Source: an uncultured Atribacterota bacterium
GTDB taxonomy: Bacteria; Atribacterota; Phoenicimicrobiia; Phoenicimicrobiales; Stramentimicrobiaceae
Assembly: GCA_964404675.1 (NCBI GenBank)
Contig: CAYOLB010000303.1
Coordinates: forward strand, 222-64,221
Length of the DNA: 64,000 nt
Reading direction: 5' to 3'
The position numbers were made by a program, and so were the translations under genes. This document shows positions 9,924 to 21,156 of this stretch, piece by piece; position 1 is the stretch's first letter, and each line of letters starts with the position of its first letter. The notes below the pieces were generated by a model, which made no database searches, had not been told where the DNA came from, and worked only from the letters and a program-made list of their open reading frames with translations.

Positions 9924-10956
9924 AAGAATTCCTTATATTTTTTCGTATAGTTTCCTTTGATAATTGATACCTTTTGCCTTTGAGAATCATTCGTATATTT
10001 TTAATATCATTCTCTTTTGCATAATAATATCCTACAATGCTTTCTAAGCCAAAAGAGGTATATTTACCAATTTTTGATAAATCCAAAATATAATTATCAA
10101 TCAAACGTTCAAGCTCGAGCAAAGTATTTTGTTCTTGCCAATATTTGATTCCCTTTTCAACTATTTCAGCATAATCAGTCTTTTGAAAATAATTTGGCCA
10201 TGAATTCACAGAATTTTCATATATCCCCAAGTATTTTTGAATTGGAAAATTGCCATAACCTATTAAAACTTCAGATAGTTTTGATTTATTAATGTGTCTA
10301 ATCTTACATCTACAGGTAATCATTATATTGGTTAAATCAGTTTCTATTTTATAAAAGTAATTTAAATAAGGTTGATTAAAATCCTCTAAAAGCTTGAAAA
10401 TTGTTTCATAGTAACCTTTATCTAATAGGCTTTCTATTAGCTGTATATCTTCTGATTTTGCATATTCTTCCTCAGTTTGTTTTATAAATCTTTCAATTTT
10501 CATAGGAACAGATTGATATTTTCCTTCAAAAACCGCTGCTTTCAAATAATCCTGTTTAACATTTCCAATCTCATATGTTGATATTGCTTCTTGTTTTGAA
10601 AGCAATTTTGATTTTAGGAATACTTTTAGATTGTAAAAATCATATTTCCAGTTAAACAATTCAAATAAATATGGATATGGTGAGATATCTTTAATTATTT
10701 TGAAAGTATCATTTAATATAGCTGTTAAACGATTATCTATTGTTGTATTTTTTGTATCTTCAAAGATAAACTCATCAACGGATCTCTCAGAAATAACTTT
10801 TATGGAGCTTTCTAAGTCTTGGGATTCCAGCATCTTGTCCAATATTTCTTGAGTGAGGAGACTTTTCTCTAGTTCTCTGATTCTAGCACATGCGTAACCA
10901 TATTCCTCTTGAGTGTTTGTATTTTCGTTAATATATTTAAGCATTCTATTCCTCAT
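9916..10956 (-). CDS. ntpC: V-type ATPase subunit C (eukaryotic d-like)
   Basis: 346 aa helical protein between E and F, as in ntpFIKECGABD. It overlaps both neighbouring genes, by 8 and 11 nt. Confidence 0.85.
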   Translation of the reverse strand: MRNRMLKYINENTNTQEEYGYACARIRELEKSLLTQEILDKMLESQDLESSIKVISERSVDEFIFEDTKNTTIDNRLTAILNDTFKIIKDISPYPYLFELFNWKYDFYNLKVFLKSKLLSKQEAISTYEIGNVKQDYLKAAVFEGKYQSVPMKIERFIKQTEEEYAKSEDIQLIESLLDKGYYETIFKLLEDFNQPYLNYFYKIETDLTNIMITCRCKIRHINKSKLSEVLIGYGNFPIQKYLGIYENSVNSWPNYFQKTDYAEIVEKGIKYWQEQNTLLELERLIDNYILDLSKIGKYTSFGLESIVGYYYAKENDIKNIRMILKGKRYQLSKETIRKNIRNSYV

Positions 10957-11554
10957 TTTCTTGAAATAGAAACTGATTCAATTCTGTTTCAATGTTGTCC
11001 CTGATACTATCAAAAATTACATCAAGAGAAGCATTTTTCCTGATTTCTTCTGTTCCTAAAACAATCCCACCTTTAATGGGAAGTGTTTTTTTTGCAATTT
11101 TTAGTTCTCCTTTTTTCCCCATTGATTGCAGTTTTTTATTTATATTATTGATAAATTCCTGGTTTATTTCCTTACGTTCATTATTTCCTAAATATATGAT
11201 TTCATTTCCAGTTTCAACATTATCGAAAATCAAGTTTTCCATAAAATTTCTGTATTTTTCATTACCTAAGTTTTTTATCCTATTCTCTGCCTCCCGAAAA
11301 ATATCTCCAATAATTAACTGTTTCTCTGATAGTATCTCTTTATTTGATTCTAATTTTGACTCAGTAATAATCTTTTTTTCAGCTAATTCAGCCTCCCGCT
11401 CATAACGTTCCATAATACTGTTCTTTATGGATTCAATTTCGCTTTTAGCGTTTTCTTTGAATGTTTTTATTTCGTTATTAGATTCTTCGATAATCTTGTT
11501 TTTTTCCTGTGTAGCACTCTCAAATATTTTATCTTTAATATCTTTTACCGACAT
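10946..11554 (-). CDS. ntpE: V-type ATPase subunit E (peripheral stalk)
   Basis: 202 aa. Long charged N-terminal coiled coil plus a globular C-terminus (GGIVLGTEEIRKNASLD). Operon position supports the call. Confidence 0.85.
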   Translation of the reverse strand: MSVKDIKDKIFESATQEKNKIIEESNNEIKTFKENAKSEIESIKNSIMERYEREAELAEKKIITESKLESNKEILSEKQLIIGDIFREAENRIKNLGNEKYRNFMENLIFDNVETGNEIIYLGNNERKEINQEFINNINKKLQSMGKKGELKIAKKTLPIKGGIVLGTEEIRKNASLDVIFDSIRDNIETELNQFLFQENEE

Positions 11555-11592
11555 TCACAATACTCCTGTGTTCCTATTTAGATAATAATAAA

Positions 11593-12084
<492 letters not shown>

Positions 12085-12157
12085 CTATCATTTTCTTTTT
12101 TAAAATACTATGAAATTATTAAACATTTTAAATTAAATAAAATGATTAATATATCAT

Positions 12158-14143
12158 TTATTTATTATCTATCACTTTTATATATTTTGTATTTAAACCA
12201 AATGTTTTAAAAGAAATACCACCAGCTCTATAAAATTTGGTAAAAAATTCTACATATTGTAATCTCGCATCATGAATAAAAGCACTTAGTCCACTGATTA
12301 ACAAATTGAATAGATGCCCTATAAATAATATTAATATGATTAAAAATATTCCTACATAGGGGACATTGGCCATCGTGGCAAGCATATTAAACATAGTAGC
12401 AATTATACCTGTTGCTAAACCAAGTGCAAACAATCTTGAATAAGAAAGAACATCGCTAAAATAACCGGTAATATCATATAAAGAAAGAATTCCGCTTCCA
12501 AATCTCATAATAATATTTTTATTTGTTCTTCCTTGGGTGCTGACAAGTATAACTATGCCGCTTATAAGAAAAATCCATGCTACCTTTCCTAGGATTGATG
12601 GTAACATATTTTGTACTAAAACCATAATAATTCCAGTTAAAAGCAATAGCCATGATATTTGATCCATTAATCCATCAATCAGCTTGCCCCTGTTAACGTT
12701 ATCAAGAAATTTTAAAATTATTCCAGTATATACCTGAATTATTCCGAGTGAAATACTCAATATCAAAAGAGGTAATGGATTATCTGTTGGGTTAAAAAGC
12801 GATAACTTCTCTACTAGGAAATACCTTAAACTGTCGAAAGCAGGTGGTAGATAATTTAAAACATCTCCAAACCAACTCCCCACAATTATTCCACCAAATA
12901 TTCCAGCAATACCACAATAATAAAGCAAAGTAAAAAACTTCTTTGCACTACCCTCTAGACCAAGTTTTTTTATTGCAAGATAACAAAGTATTGCCAAAAC
13001 AGCTCCATATCCCACATCAGATAGACATAGCCCAAAGAATATAAAGTAAAATAATGAAAGTACTGGTGTTGGATCCTTTTCAAAATAATTGGGTAAACTG
13101 TACAATTCAGTTATTACTTCAAAAGGCTTTACCAATTTATGGTTGTCTAAAGCAACTGGGACCTGTTCGCTTTCTTTTGGTTCACTAAATTGTACCTCAT
13201 AAGCCATGAAGTTCTCTTTTAATCTCTTTTCCAATTTATGAATATCTTTTTTCTTTACCCATCCCTTAATAACAAATGTATTTTTGCTTCTTTTTAAAAG
13301 AGTATTAGCATCCTCTTTTTCCTTATTAATAGATAAATAATCGTAAACTTTATATACTGCTTTGTTTTTCTTAAAAATATTTTTTAAGTCTATTTCTATT
13401 TTTTTTCTTTTCTCAGAAATATCTTCCATATTTTTGGAAACTTCTTTCAATATATTCTTCGGTGTTCCAGAAAAAGAGTGATTATATTTATAAAACTCAA
13501 TGTGGTTTTGTTGTGAAATTTCTTGAATATTTTCAATATCTTCTTTTAAACATATAATGGCAATTTTTAAGGTACTTTTTTCTTCTTTTATTAATTGAAC
13601 AATACCGTTTCCGGTTTTATTGGAGACTTCACTAGTAAATTTATCATAATTACCCTTTGGTATTGTTCCCAATAAATACCTGATATATTTTGACTGATTC
13701 ATTGTAGATAAATCAAGATCTAGCTCTTTCCAATCCTGAATCTCTTCTTGAATAGCAAATAATTTATTCTCTTGTAATTTAAGATGGTTAACCTCATTAT
13801 CATATTCTCTACATTGTTGATATAATTTTTCATAATTGAAATCTTTTGATAATTCAGTCAATTTTTTGAAATCAACTTCTTCTTTAGCAGAAAATAATGA
13901 CTTTAATCCTTTTTCTTCTGTTTCTTGATAATTTGAAAGAAGGTCAATACAAAATTTTACCTTGTTTAATTCTAAAGATATATTTAAATCAATATCATCA
14001 ATATTGTCCCAATTATGAAATGCGGTTTTTTCACCAATATCTATAATTTCAATACAATTTATTTTTTGTAATTCTTTCAACAATTGCTCTTTTATAGATA
14101 GATGTGCAAATATATGGAATTTATTAACTTTAGATATAGCCAT
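12158..14143 (-). CDS. ntpI: V-type ATPase subunit I (a-subunit, stator/ion channel)
   Basis: 661 aa. Soluble N-terminal half plus a polytopic C-terminal half containing the conserved SYSRLFALGLA arginine motif. Confidence 0.93.
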   Translation of the reverse strand: MAISKVNKFHIFAHLSIKEQLLKELQKINCIEIIDIGEKTAFHNWDNIDDIDLNISLELNKVKFCIDLLSNYQETEEKGLKSLFSAKEEVDFKKLTELSKDFNYEKLYQQCREYDNEVNHLKLQENKLFAIQEEIQDWKELDLDLSTMNQSKYIRYLLGTIPKGNYDKFTSEVSNKTGNGIVQLIKEEKSTLKIAIICLKEDIENIQEISQQNHIEFYKYNHSFSGTPKNILKEVSKNMEDISEKRKKIEIDLKNIFKKNKAVYKVYDYLSINKEKEDANTLLKRSKNTFVIKGWVKKKDIHKLEKRLKENFMAYEVQFSEPKESEQVPVALDNHKLVKPFEVITELYSLPNYFEKDPTPVLSLFYFIFFGLCLSDVGYGAVLAILCYLAIKKLGLEGSAKKFFTLLYYCGIAGIFGGIIVGSWFGDVLNYLPPAFDSLRYFLVEKLSLFNPTDNPLPLLILSISLGIIQVYTGIILKFLDNVNRGKLIDGLMDQISWLLLLTGIIMVLVQNMLPSILGKVAWIFLISGIVILVSTQGRTNKNIIMRFGSGILSLYDITGYFSDVLSYSRLFALGLATGIIATMFNMLATMANVPYVGIFLIILILFIGHLFNLLISGLSAFIHDARLQYVEFFTKFYRAGGISFKTFGLNTKYIKVIDNK

Positions 14144-14144
14144 T

Positions 14145-14456
14145 TTATTTCACCAAATTATTTAAAATCATTGTTATTGCTTTTTCTTTTTTGCTTTTAA
14201 ATGAATCTCTAAGTTGTTCCCTTTCTTTTTTACAATTTTCATGAATTTCTTTAGCATTCTGATGTGCTTTTTGGGTTCGTTCTTCAACCATTTCTTGGCC
14301 CTTCTTATTCCATTGATTTATTATGTCTTTTTTATTTTGTTCATGTCTATATTTTTCATCATTAATCATTTCTTTTGCTTTTGTTCTTGCATCTTCAATC
14401 ATTTTTTCAGCTTCATTTTCAGTATCCTTTAATTCAGTTATTATTTTTTTTAACAT
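14145..14456 (-). CDS. Small coiled-coil V-type ATPase stalk protein (G/H-like; positional equivalent of E. hirae NtpF)
   Basis: Highly charged helical protein and first gene of the operon. The preferred start is ATG 14456, with GGGAG 6 nt upstream (103 aa). The track's TTG at 14480 adds 8 residues. Confidence 0.65.
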   Translation of the reverse strand: MLKKIITELKDTENEAEKMIEDARTKAKEMINDEKYRHEQNKKDIINQWNKKGQEMVEERTQKAHQNAKEIHENCKKEREQLRDSFKSKKEKAITMILNNLVK

Positions 14457-14699
14457 ATTAAACTCCCAAAAAATTGCCAATTTAAAAGTTTTTAAATTGC
14501 AATATATTTATCAAAATCTTAGAAACACATTTAATTAATTTAACATAAATTATTTTTTTAGTCAATTATCGAATATCATAATGTGAATTAAAAATTAAAA
14601 CTGCACACTTTTTTACATGATTTAAAGTATAAAAGTAAACTCATTGAAACTATAATCTCAAAATGAAGCATTTATAAGAAGATATATTTAATTATTATC

Positions 14700-15329
14700 C
14701 TAATTAGATTTTAGTTGATTCACAATATCAAGATACATTTGTAATCTCTTTTTTGCTCCTTCCACTAATCCATATTTTTCTTCTTTTACTCTCTGGGTTA
14801 AATATTGTAGCTTTACCTTTCTGACTTTGTAATCATATTTTTTTACTACCTTTGTGATAGCTACTTCCAAACCAAATTTTAGTAAATCCATGTTAGGGAT
14901 ACTATCAATAATTTCTCTTTTCATAGCTCTTTGTCCTGATAAATAAGGCATCAGAAATTGGGGCAAATCTGTTAATAGTCTACCATGTGTAAATATACCA
15001 ACAGTCATATCAGCTAAATTATCCCTTATAGGGTTAATTAAAGAATAAATGTGTTCTTGTCTTAATCCAACAAGATCAGCATCTAAAAATAATAATATAT
15101 CTGAATCTGTCTTTTCGAAACCTTTTTTTATAGCCCCTCCTTTACCAATATTTTCTTCCACCTGGTAAACGTTTACTTTTAATTCACGGGCAATAGATAC
15201 TGTATTATCCGTAGAACCATCACTTACTACAATAATATTTTCAATTTCTGGCACTTTTTTTACCGTCTTAATGACTTCAGCAATAGTAATTTCCTCATTA
15301 TAAGCAGGGATTATTGTTGATATTTTCAT
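14700..15329 (-). CDS. Family 2 glycosyltransferase (short, soluble)
   Basis: 209 aa. IIPAYNEE N-terminus, VVSDGSTDNT, DxD motif LDADL. Confidence 0.8.
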   Translation of the reverse strand: MKISTIIPAYNEEITIAEVIKTVKKVPEIENIIVVSDGSTDNTVSIARELKVNVYQVEENIGKGGAIKKGFEKTDSDILLFLDADLVGLRQEHIYSLINPIRDNLADMTVGIFTHGRLLTDLPQFLMPYLSGQRAMKREIIDSIPNMDLLKFGLEVAITKVVKKYDYKVRKVKLQYLTQRVKEEKYGLVEGAKKRLQMYLDIVNQLKSN

Positions 15330-15454
15330 ATTTTCACCCTTTTTTTGTCTTCTTTTATTTTATATATAGGTAACTATAAAACCCTCAAGGCTGATGTCTT
15401 TAAAAAATCTCTATAACCATTTTTCTATGATAAATAAAACTTATAAATGATTCC

Positions 15455-16531
15455 TTATTTATTGTCACAAATAGATTTAATAATCTCTACTAATTTTTCA
15501 ATAGATTCTTCTACTTTATACCGACCAACTAAAAAACCCTTCTTATAAATCATTGCCTCCTGGTTATTGAAAGCAATACCGGCGTCGGCTGTTTTTGCCT
15601 CTCCTGGTCCATTTACAATACAACCCATAATAGCTATATCTAAAGGTTGATGGATATTCCTTAAATTATCTTCTATTTTTTTAGCAATATCATGAATATT
15701 AACTTTGCATCGGCCACAGGTGGGGCAAGAAATAATATTAATACCTCTTTTTCTAATTCCGAGTGAACGTAATATATCATGTCCAACCAATACTTCTTGA
15801 ACTGGATCACCGGAAAGAGATACTCTAATAGTATCACCGATTCCTTCATAAAGTAATATACCAATTCCTACAGCTGACTTTGTAATTCCGCTTCTATCAA
15901 AACCGGCTTCTGTAATTCCAATATGTAATGGATAATCAGTAATCTTTGCAATGATATGATTAGCCTTAATGGTATCAAGAACATTGCTTGATTTAATAGA
16001 AAGAATAATATTATGATAGTTAGTTTTTTTTAAAAAATTAATTAAATGTTCTGTTTGTTCGACCATTGCTTTGTAATTTGGTTCATTATATTTTTGCATA
16101 ATTTTTTTATCCAGCGAACCTGCATTTATTCCAAAACGTATTAATATATTTTTTTTGCTAGCTTTTTCAATAATATCAATAATCTGTTCTTCTTTTTTTA
16201 TATTACCAGGGTTGATTCTTATTCCGTCCACATTATTTCTTATTGCTTCAATAGCTACAGCATAGCTGAAATGTATATCTGCCATAATTGGAATATTTAC
16301 CTGTTTTTTAATAGTCGGAATAAATTTACATGATTCAATATCTGGAAAAGCAATTCTAACCATATCACAACCAGCTTCTTCTAATTGTCTAATTTGCATA
16401 ATAGTATATTCGGTATCTTCCACATTACAGTTAGTCATAGATTGTACGGAAACTGGATTATCGCCTCCGATTTTCAGCTTTTCAATTTCTACAACTCTGC
16501 TTTTTCTTCTATCAATATTTTTTATATACAT
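15455..16531 (-). CDS. ispG: 4-hydroxy-3-methylbut-2-en-1-yl diphosphate synthase
   Basis: 358 aa. GcpE signatures (VQSMTN, RINPGN, ISCPTCGR, MGCIVNGPGE). Confidence 0.95.
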   Translation of the reverse strand: MYIKNIDRRKSRVVEIEKLKIGGDNPVSVQSMTNCNVEDTEYTIMQIRQLEEAGCDMVRIAFPDIESCKFIPTIKKQVNIPIMADIHFSYAVAIEAIRNNVDGIRINPGNIKKEEQIIDIIEKASKKNILIRFGINAGSLDKKIMQKYNEPNYKAMVEQTEHLINFLKKTNYHNIILSIKSSNVLDTIKANHIIAKITDYPLHIGITEAGFDRSGITKSAVGIGILLYEGIGDTIRVSLSGDPVQEVLVGHDILRSLGIRKRGINIISCPTCGRCKVNIHDIAKKIEDNLRNIHQPLDIAIMGCIVNGPGEAKTADAGIAFNNQEAMIYKKGFLVGRYKVEESIEKLVEIIKSICDNK

Positions 16532-16547
16532 GTATTGTTATCCTTTA

Positions 16548-17618
16548 TTATTTTGAGAAAATTCTTAAAATATCTTGATATGTTGCAATTAAAAAAATCA
16601 TTATAATTAATGTAAAACCAATAATATATAGCAAATTAATATATTCAGGTTCAAGAGGTTTCCCTCTTACTTTTTCAATCGCTAGCAAAACAATTTGTCC
16701 TCCATCCAGAATAGGGATTGGGAAAAGATTTATTATTCCCAAAAATATATTTATCACAGCACTAAAAAATAGCAAATTTAGAAAGCCAATCTTTGCAGCC
16801 TCTCCAGCCATTTGGGCAATTCCCAATGGACCAGCAAGCTCTACTGGTATTTTGCCAGTGAATGTTTCTAAAAAACCAATTGCTATTAAATGAATTATTT
16901 CAAAAAACATTTCAAATGACTTCCTGAATGATTGGAAAAGTGAGATTTTTTTAATATCAACTTCTAAAGTAATTCCAATCATCGCCCTATCGTATTCTGA
17001 ATTGTATTCTGGAGCAACTTTAGTTTCGTAGTAACTATTGTTTCTCATAAGGCGAATATTAATTATTCTACCTTTTCCTTTATTGATTATTTCAGAAATT
17101 TCTTCAGCATTTTCAACTAGCATTGAATCAATTTCAACTATCTTGTCACCGCTTATCATTCCAGCTTTTTCAGCTGGGCTGTTCGCTGTAACGTCATTGA
17201 TTATATTTGTTACCTGTGCTGTTCCGGAAAAGTAAAAAACAATTATTAGCAATAATATGGCAAGAATTAAATTCATGATAGGACCATTAAAAATTACAGC
17301 AAATCTGATAAAAAAAGGTTTTTTATCAAATCTTTCTTTATCAGGTAAGTATTCCCCAGATGCCATCTGTCTATTCTCAGCATTTTTGTCTTCTTCGTCC
17401 TGAGGTGTTTCACCAGCCATTTTAACATACCCACCAAATGGTAAAAGGCATAATATATATTCTGTTCCTTTCCAGAAAAAACCTGCAATCTTTGGACCAA
17501 AACCTAAAGAGAAACGGAAAACTTTTATACCCGCTAATTTTGCAGTAATAAAATGGCCAAACTCATGAAAAAGAATAGCTATTCCAAGAACAAAAATAAA
17601 AGCTAATATATTCAGCAA
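16548..17618 (-). CDS. rseP: RIP zinc metalloprotease RseP/RasP (M50 with PDZ domain)
   Basis: 356 aa. HEFGHF, a PDZ segment, and NLFPIPILDGG. TTG start with GGGAG upstream. Confidence 0.93.
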   Translation of the reverse strand: MLNILAFIFVLGIAILFHEFGHFITAKLAGIKVFRFSLGFGPKIAGFFWKGTEYILCLLPFGGYVKMAGETPQDEEDKNAENRQMASGEYLPDKERFDKKPFFIRFAVIFNGPIMNLILAILLLIIVFYFSGTAQVTNIINDVTANSPAEKAGMISGDKIVEIDSMLVENAEEISEIINKGKGRIINIRLMRNNSYYETKVAPEYNSEYDRAMIGITLEVDIKKISLFQSFRKSFEMFFEIIHLIAIGFLETFTGKIPVELAGPLGIAQMAGEAAKIGFLNLLFFSAVINIFLGIINLFPIPILDGGQIVLLAIEKVRGKPLEPEYINLLYIIGFTLIIMIFLIATYQDILRIFSK

Positions 17619-17663
17619 TTAAAATATCTCCCTTCTATCATTAGACAGTGTATTTCATCACTA

Positions 17664-18845
17664 TTAATCTTTAATCTCAGAGCAAACTATTGCTGCTAAT
17701 TTTCTTGTTTCTCTATCCTGATAAATTATGTCACTTATAGTAGGATTTGCTGTATTTTTGTGTTTATCCATTACTATAGAAACAACCTTAATAATGTCTT
17801 TAAATTTTAATCCCTGATTCAAAAAAGAATTAACAGCAACTTCGTTTGCGGCATTTAACGCAGCAGGAAAAGTTCCTCCTTGTTTAATGGCTTCATAACA
17901 AAGATCAATGCTAGGAAATCTTTTTGAATCGAGTTTTTTAAAGGTTAATTGCCCTATTTTTGCTAAATTAAGCCTGGCTAAATTATTTTTAATTCTTTTT
18001 GGATAATGTAAAGCAAAATGGATAGGGATACGCATATCATGATTGCTCAATTGAGCAATCATGCTACCGTCTTCATATTGAACCAATGCATGAATATAAC
18101 TCTGAGGATGTATCACAATTTCTATTTTGTTTAGTGGAATATTAAAAAGCCAATAAGCCTCAATGACTTCAAGGCCCTTATTCATTAATGTCGCAGAATC
18201 TATTGTTACTTTATTCCCCATCTGCCAATTTGGATGATTGAGTGCTTCCTCAACAGAAACCGTATCTAGGGCAGATTCTTTTAAATTATAAAATGGACCA
18301 CCTGAAGCAGTAATAATAATTTTTTCAATACTTTCATAATACTCTGATTTAATACATTGCAATATTCCACTATGTTCACTATCAATTGGTATTATCTTTA
18401 TTCCATTAGCCTTTGCTTCTTCAGTTAATAATTCGCCTGCAGAAACTACTATTTCTTTGTTTGCTAAGCAAATCTCTTTTTTTTCAATAATGGCTTCCAT
18501 GACTGGTTTTAAGGCAGTAATACCAGTAATTGCTACAACCAGCATATCAACTTCTTTTAATACAGATATTTTGCTAAGGCCATATTCACCATATAATATA
18601 TTACAATTATTTATATTACTTAATTTGTTTTTTAGCTCTTTGGCAAGCTTGTCATCTTTTACTACTACATATTTTGGTTTAAATATTTCTATCTGCGTTT
18701 TTAACATATCAACATTTTTCCATGCAGATAGTGCAAAAACCTCAAAATATTCTGGCTCATTTTGAATTACTTCTAATGTCTGCTTCCCTACAGAACCAGT
18801 AGATCCCAATATTGCTAAACGTTTTTTCATTAAACTTTTCTCCAT
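17664..18845 (-). CDS. dxr: 1-deoxy-D-xylulose 5-phosphate reductoisomerase
   Basis: 393 aa. ILGSTGSVG, LANKE, PIDSEHS, HPNW.MG.K. Confidence 0.96.
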   Translation of the reverse strand: MEKSLMKKRLAILGSTGSVGKQTLEVIQNEPEYFEVFALSAWKNVDMLKTQIEIFKPKYVVVKDDKLAKELKNKLSNINNCNILYGEYGLSKISVLKEVDMLVVAITGITALKPVMEAIIEKKEICLANKEIVVSAGELLTEEAKANGIKIIPIDSEHSGILQCIKSEYYESIEKIIITASGGPFYNLKESALDTVSVEEALNHPNWQMGNKVTIDSATLMNKGLEVIEAYWLFNIPLNKIEIVIHPQSYIHALVQYEDGSMIAQLSNHDMRIPIHFALHYPKRIKNNLARLNLAKIGQLTFKKLDSKRFPSIDLCYEAIKQGGTFPAALNAANEVAVNSFLNQGLKFKDIIKVVSIVMDKHKNTANPTISDIIYQDRETRKLAAIVCSEIKD

Positions 18846-18880
18846 ATTTATTTTTTACTTTTTACTTGTATATATTGATT

Positions 18881-19696
18881 TTAAATATTAAAAAAATATT
18901 TTAAAAAAAAATATAAAACTGGGATAGAGAGTAAAATGCTATCCATGCAATCAAGTATTCCACCATGTCCTGGTATTATTGTACCAGAGTCTTTAACAAC
19001 AAAATTCCTTTTTATGATTGACTCAAACAAATCACCAATCTGGCCACAAAGAGCCGCAATTAAGCCAAAAGCAATCATAAATACCAATCTGGAGGGAATT
19101 AAGAAATAAAAAAGTATGCCACAAAATAATCCACCCAATAGACCGCCGATAGACCCTTCCAAGGTTTTGTTGGGGCTGATATTTGGGAAAACATGTCTTT
19201 TCCCAAAGTTAGTACCAACAAGATAAGCAAATATGTCATTCATCCATGTTGCAAATAGAGCAAAAATAACAAATATTTTCCCGCCTGTCATACTTCTTAT
19301 GCCAATTATAAAAGATAAAGAATGACCTATATACATAGCAGCAAACAATGTTAATGCTATATTGATAACCATATTATTTTTATGTGGGTTTTTATAAAAG
19401 TGTTCAAAAAATATAATTAATATAAGTATTGTAAAAATTACATTATCTTCAATAAATATATTATCTGGTAAAAATCTCCTGAACAGAAAATATAATGTTA
19501 AAATAAGTCCTAAGAGTAAAGAGGGATTATATATTTTCTTGAATATATTAAATAATTCAAGAAAACCCAAAATAGCTATCAAGGCAATAGTCAAATGAAA
19601 TAATAATCCACCGAGGCTGATAACAACTAATATTATGGGGACTCCTATAAAAATAGTTAAAGTTCGTATTTTTATTTTTTCAAATTTCTCCCCCAT
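18881..19696 (-). CDS. cdsA: Phosphatidate cytidylyltransferase
   Basis: 271 aa polytopic protein with the C-terminal signature SIIKRNFVVKDSGTIIPGHGGILDCMDS. Confidence 0.92.
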   Translation of the reverse strand: MGEKFEKIKIRTLTIFIGVPIILVVISLGGLLFHLTIALIAILGFLELFNIFKKIYNPSLLLGLILTLYFLFRRFLPDNIFIEDNVIFTILILIIFFEHFYKNPHKNNMVINIALTLFAAMYIGHSLSFIIGIRSMTGGKIFVIFALFATWMNDIFAYLVGTNFGKRHVFPNISPNKTLEGSIGGLLGGLFCGILFYFLIPSRLVFMIAFGLIAALCGQIGDLFESIIKRNFVVKDSGTIIPGHGGILDCMDSILLSIPVLYFFLKYFFNI

Positions 19697-20459
19697 ATTT
19701 TCTCACCCTTTTTTCGTAATCTTTTAAAGCTTTCAAAAAATCATCCTTAGAAAAATCTGGCCAATATGTTTTCGTAAACCACAATTCTGTATAAGCAATT
19801 TGCCATAATAGAAAGTTGCTGATCCTTTTTTCTCCTCCAGTTCTAATTAGTAAGTCAGGATCTGGAATCCCTGCTGTAAAAAGATGTTTACTTATCATGT
19901 ATTCGTCAATATCATTAAATTCTTTATTATGCTCTTTTATCTTAAAATAAAGAGACTTAAAGGCATGACATATATCAGCCCTACCACCATAATTTATTGC
20001 TATATTTAGAATAAGTCGAGAATTGTTCTCGGTAGCTTTTTCTAAATTAATCATTGCTGTTTTTAATATTTTGGATAGAGTATCTCTGTTACCTATAAAA
20101 TTCACTTTGATTTTATTCTCTATCAAATTTATTTTTTCTCTTTCAATAACTTCCTGGAATAAATTCATTAGTGATGTAATCTCATTTTGAGATCTTTTCC
20201 AATTTTCGGTGGAAAATGCGTACAAAGTTAATATCTTAATCTTAACTTTTATTGATTCAGTTATAATCATTTTTATGGTTTTCACGCCTTCCCTATGACC
20301 CATAAAACTAATTAGTCTATGTTTTTTTGCCCAGCGTCTGTTGCCATCCATTATAACTGCTAAATGTCTTGGTATTATTTTACAATTTTCAAAGCTATCC
20401 AAAATATTATTAAGAGCCATTAAATTATTTACCTTTATTGTTTTATAAAAAAACCCCAT
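19680..20459 (-). CDS. uppS: Undecaprenyl diphosphate synthase
   Basis: 259 aa. HLAVIMDGNRRWAKK, FSTENW.R, IRTGGE.R.SNFLLWQ. It overlaps cdsA by 17 nt. Confidence 0.95.
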   Translation of the reverse strand: MGFFYKTIKVNNLMALNNILDSFENCKIIPRHLAVIMDGNRRWAKKHRLISFMGHREGVKTIKMIITESIKVKIKILTLYAFSTENWKRSQNEITSLMNLFQEVIEREKINLIENKIKVNFIGNRDTLSKILKTAMINLEKATENNSRLILNIAINYGGRADICHAFKSLYFKIKEHNKEFNDIDEYMISKHLFTAGIPDPDLLIRTGGEKRISNFLLWQIAYTELWFTKTYWPDFSKDDFLKALKDYEKRVRKYGGEI

Positions 20460-20595
20460 TTTATATAAAATTATATTTTTATTTTAAAAATTACATAATA
20501 AAAAGGGGTATTGTTTAATCTATATTATCAAATAAATATTAATTTTTATAAATAATGCTTTACAATCCTCCGGATTAAAAGGATTACTTTATTCT

Positions 20596-21156
20596 TTAAA
20601 CTTTCATTATTTCTGATTCTTTAGTTTTGTAGATATCATCTATCTTTTTAATATAATCATCAGTTAATTCTTGAATTTCCTTAAATAATTCTTTACTTTG
20701 ATCTTCCGATATCTCACTATCTTTTTCCATTTTCTTTATCTTATCATTTATCTCTCTTCTAACATTTCTAATGGCTACTTTGGAAGATTCAGTTTCTTTT
20801 TTTACTATTTTTGCTATCTCTCTTCTTCTCTCCTCTGTCATAGGTGGAATTGATAATCGAATAATAGTACCATCATTATTTGGTGTTAAGCCAAGGTCTT
20901 CTTTCCAGATGGCTTTTTCTACATCGTTCACACAATTTTTATCCCATGGCTGAATAACAATCAAATCTGCTTCTGGTACAGATATATTGGCAATTTCTTT
21001 TAAAGATGTTGGAGCACCATAATACTCAACTTTTATATTTTCTACTAGTGCGCTAGAGGCTCTTCCAGTTCTTATATGAGATAACTCTTCTTTTATAACC
21101 TGAATAGCCCTTTTCATTTTATGTTCGGCTTCATTTGTAATCTCGTTTAACATCAT
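20596..21156 (-). CDS. frr: Ribosome recycling factor
   Basis: 186 aa with typical Frr sequence (LSHIRTGRASSALVENIKV, IRNVRRE). Its start shares 1 nt with the pyrH stop (TAATG). Confidence 0.95.
   Translation of the reverse strand: MMLNEITNEAEHKMKRAIQVIKEELSHIRTGRASSALVENIKVEYYGAPTSLKEIANISVPEADLIVIQPWDKNCVNDVEKAIWKEDLGLTPNNDGTIIRLSIPPMTEERRREIAKIVKKETESSKVAIRNVRREINDKIKKMEKDSEISEDQSKELFKEIQELTDDYIKKIDDIYKTKESEIMKV

Noticed and set aside
10992-11405. Plus-strand ORFs antisense to housekeeping genes (for example 10992-11405, 49000-49446, 53853-54242, 62048-62428, 24574-24942, 21943-22302)
   Set aside because: All are embedded in strongly supported minus-strand genes and encode Ser/Phe/Ile-rich low-complexity peptides, as expected from the reverse complement of Lys/Glu/Asn-rich AT-rich coding sequence. 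No independent signals support them.
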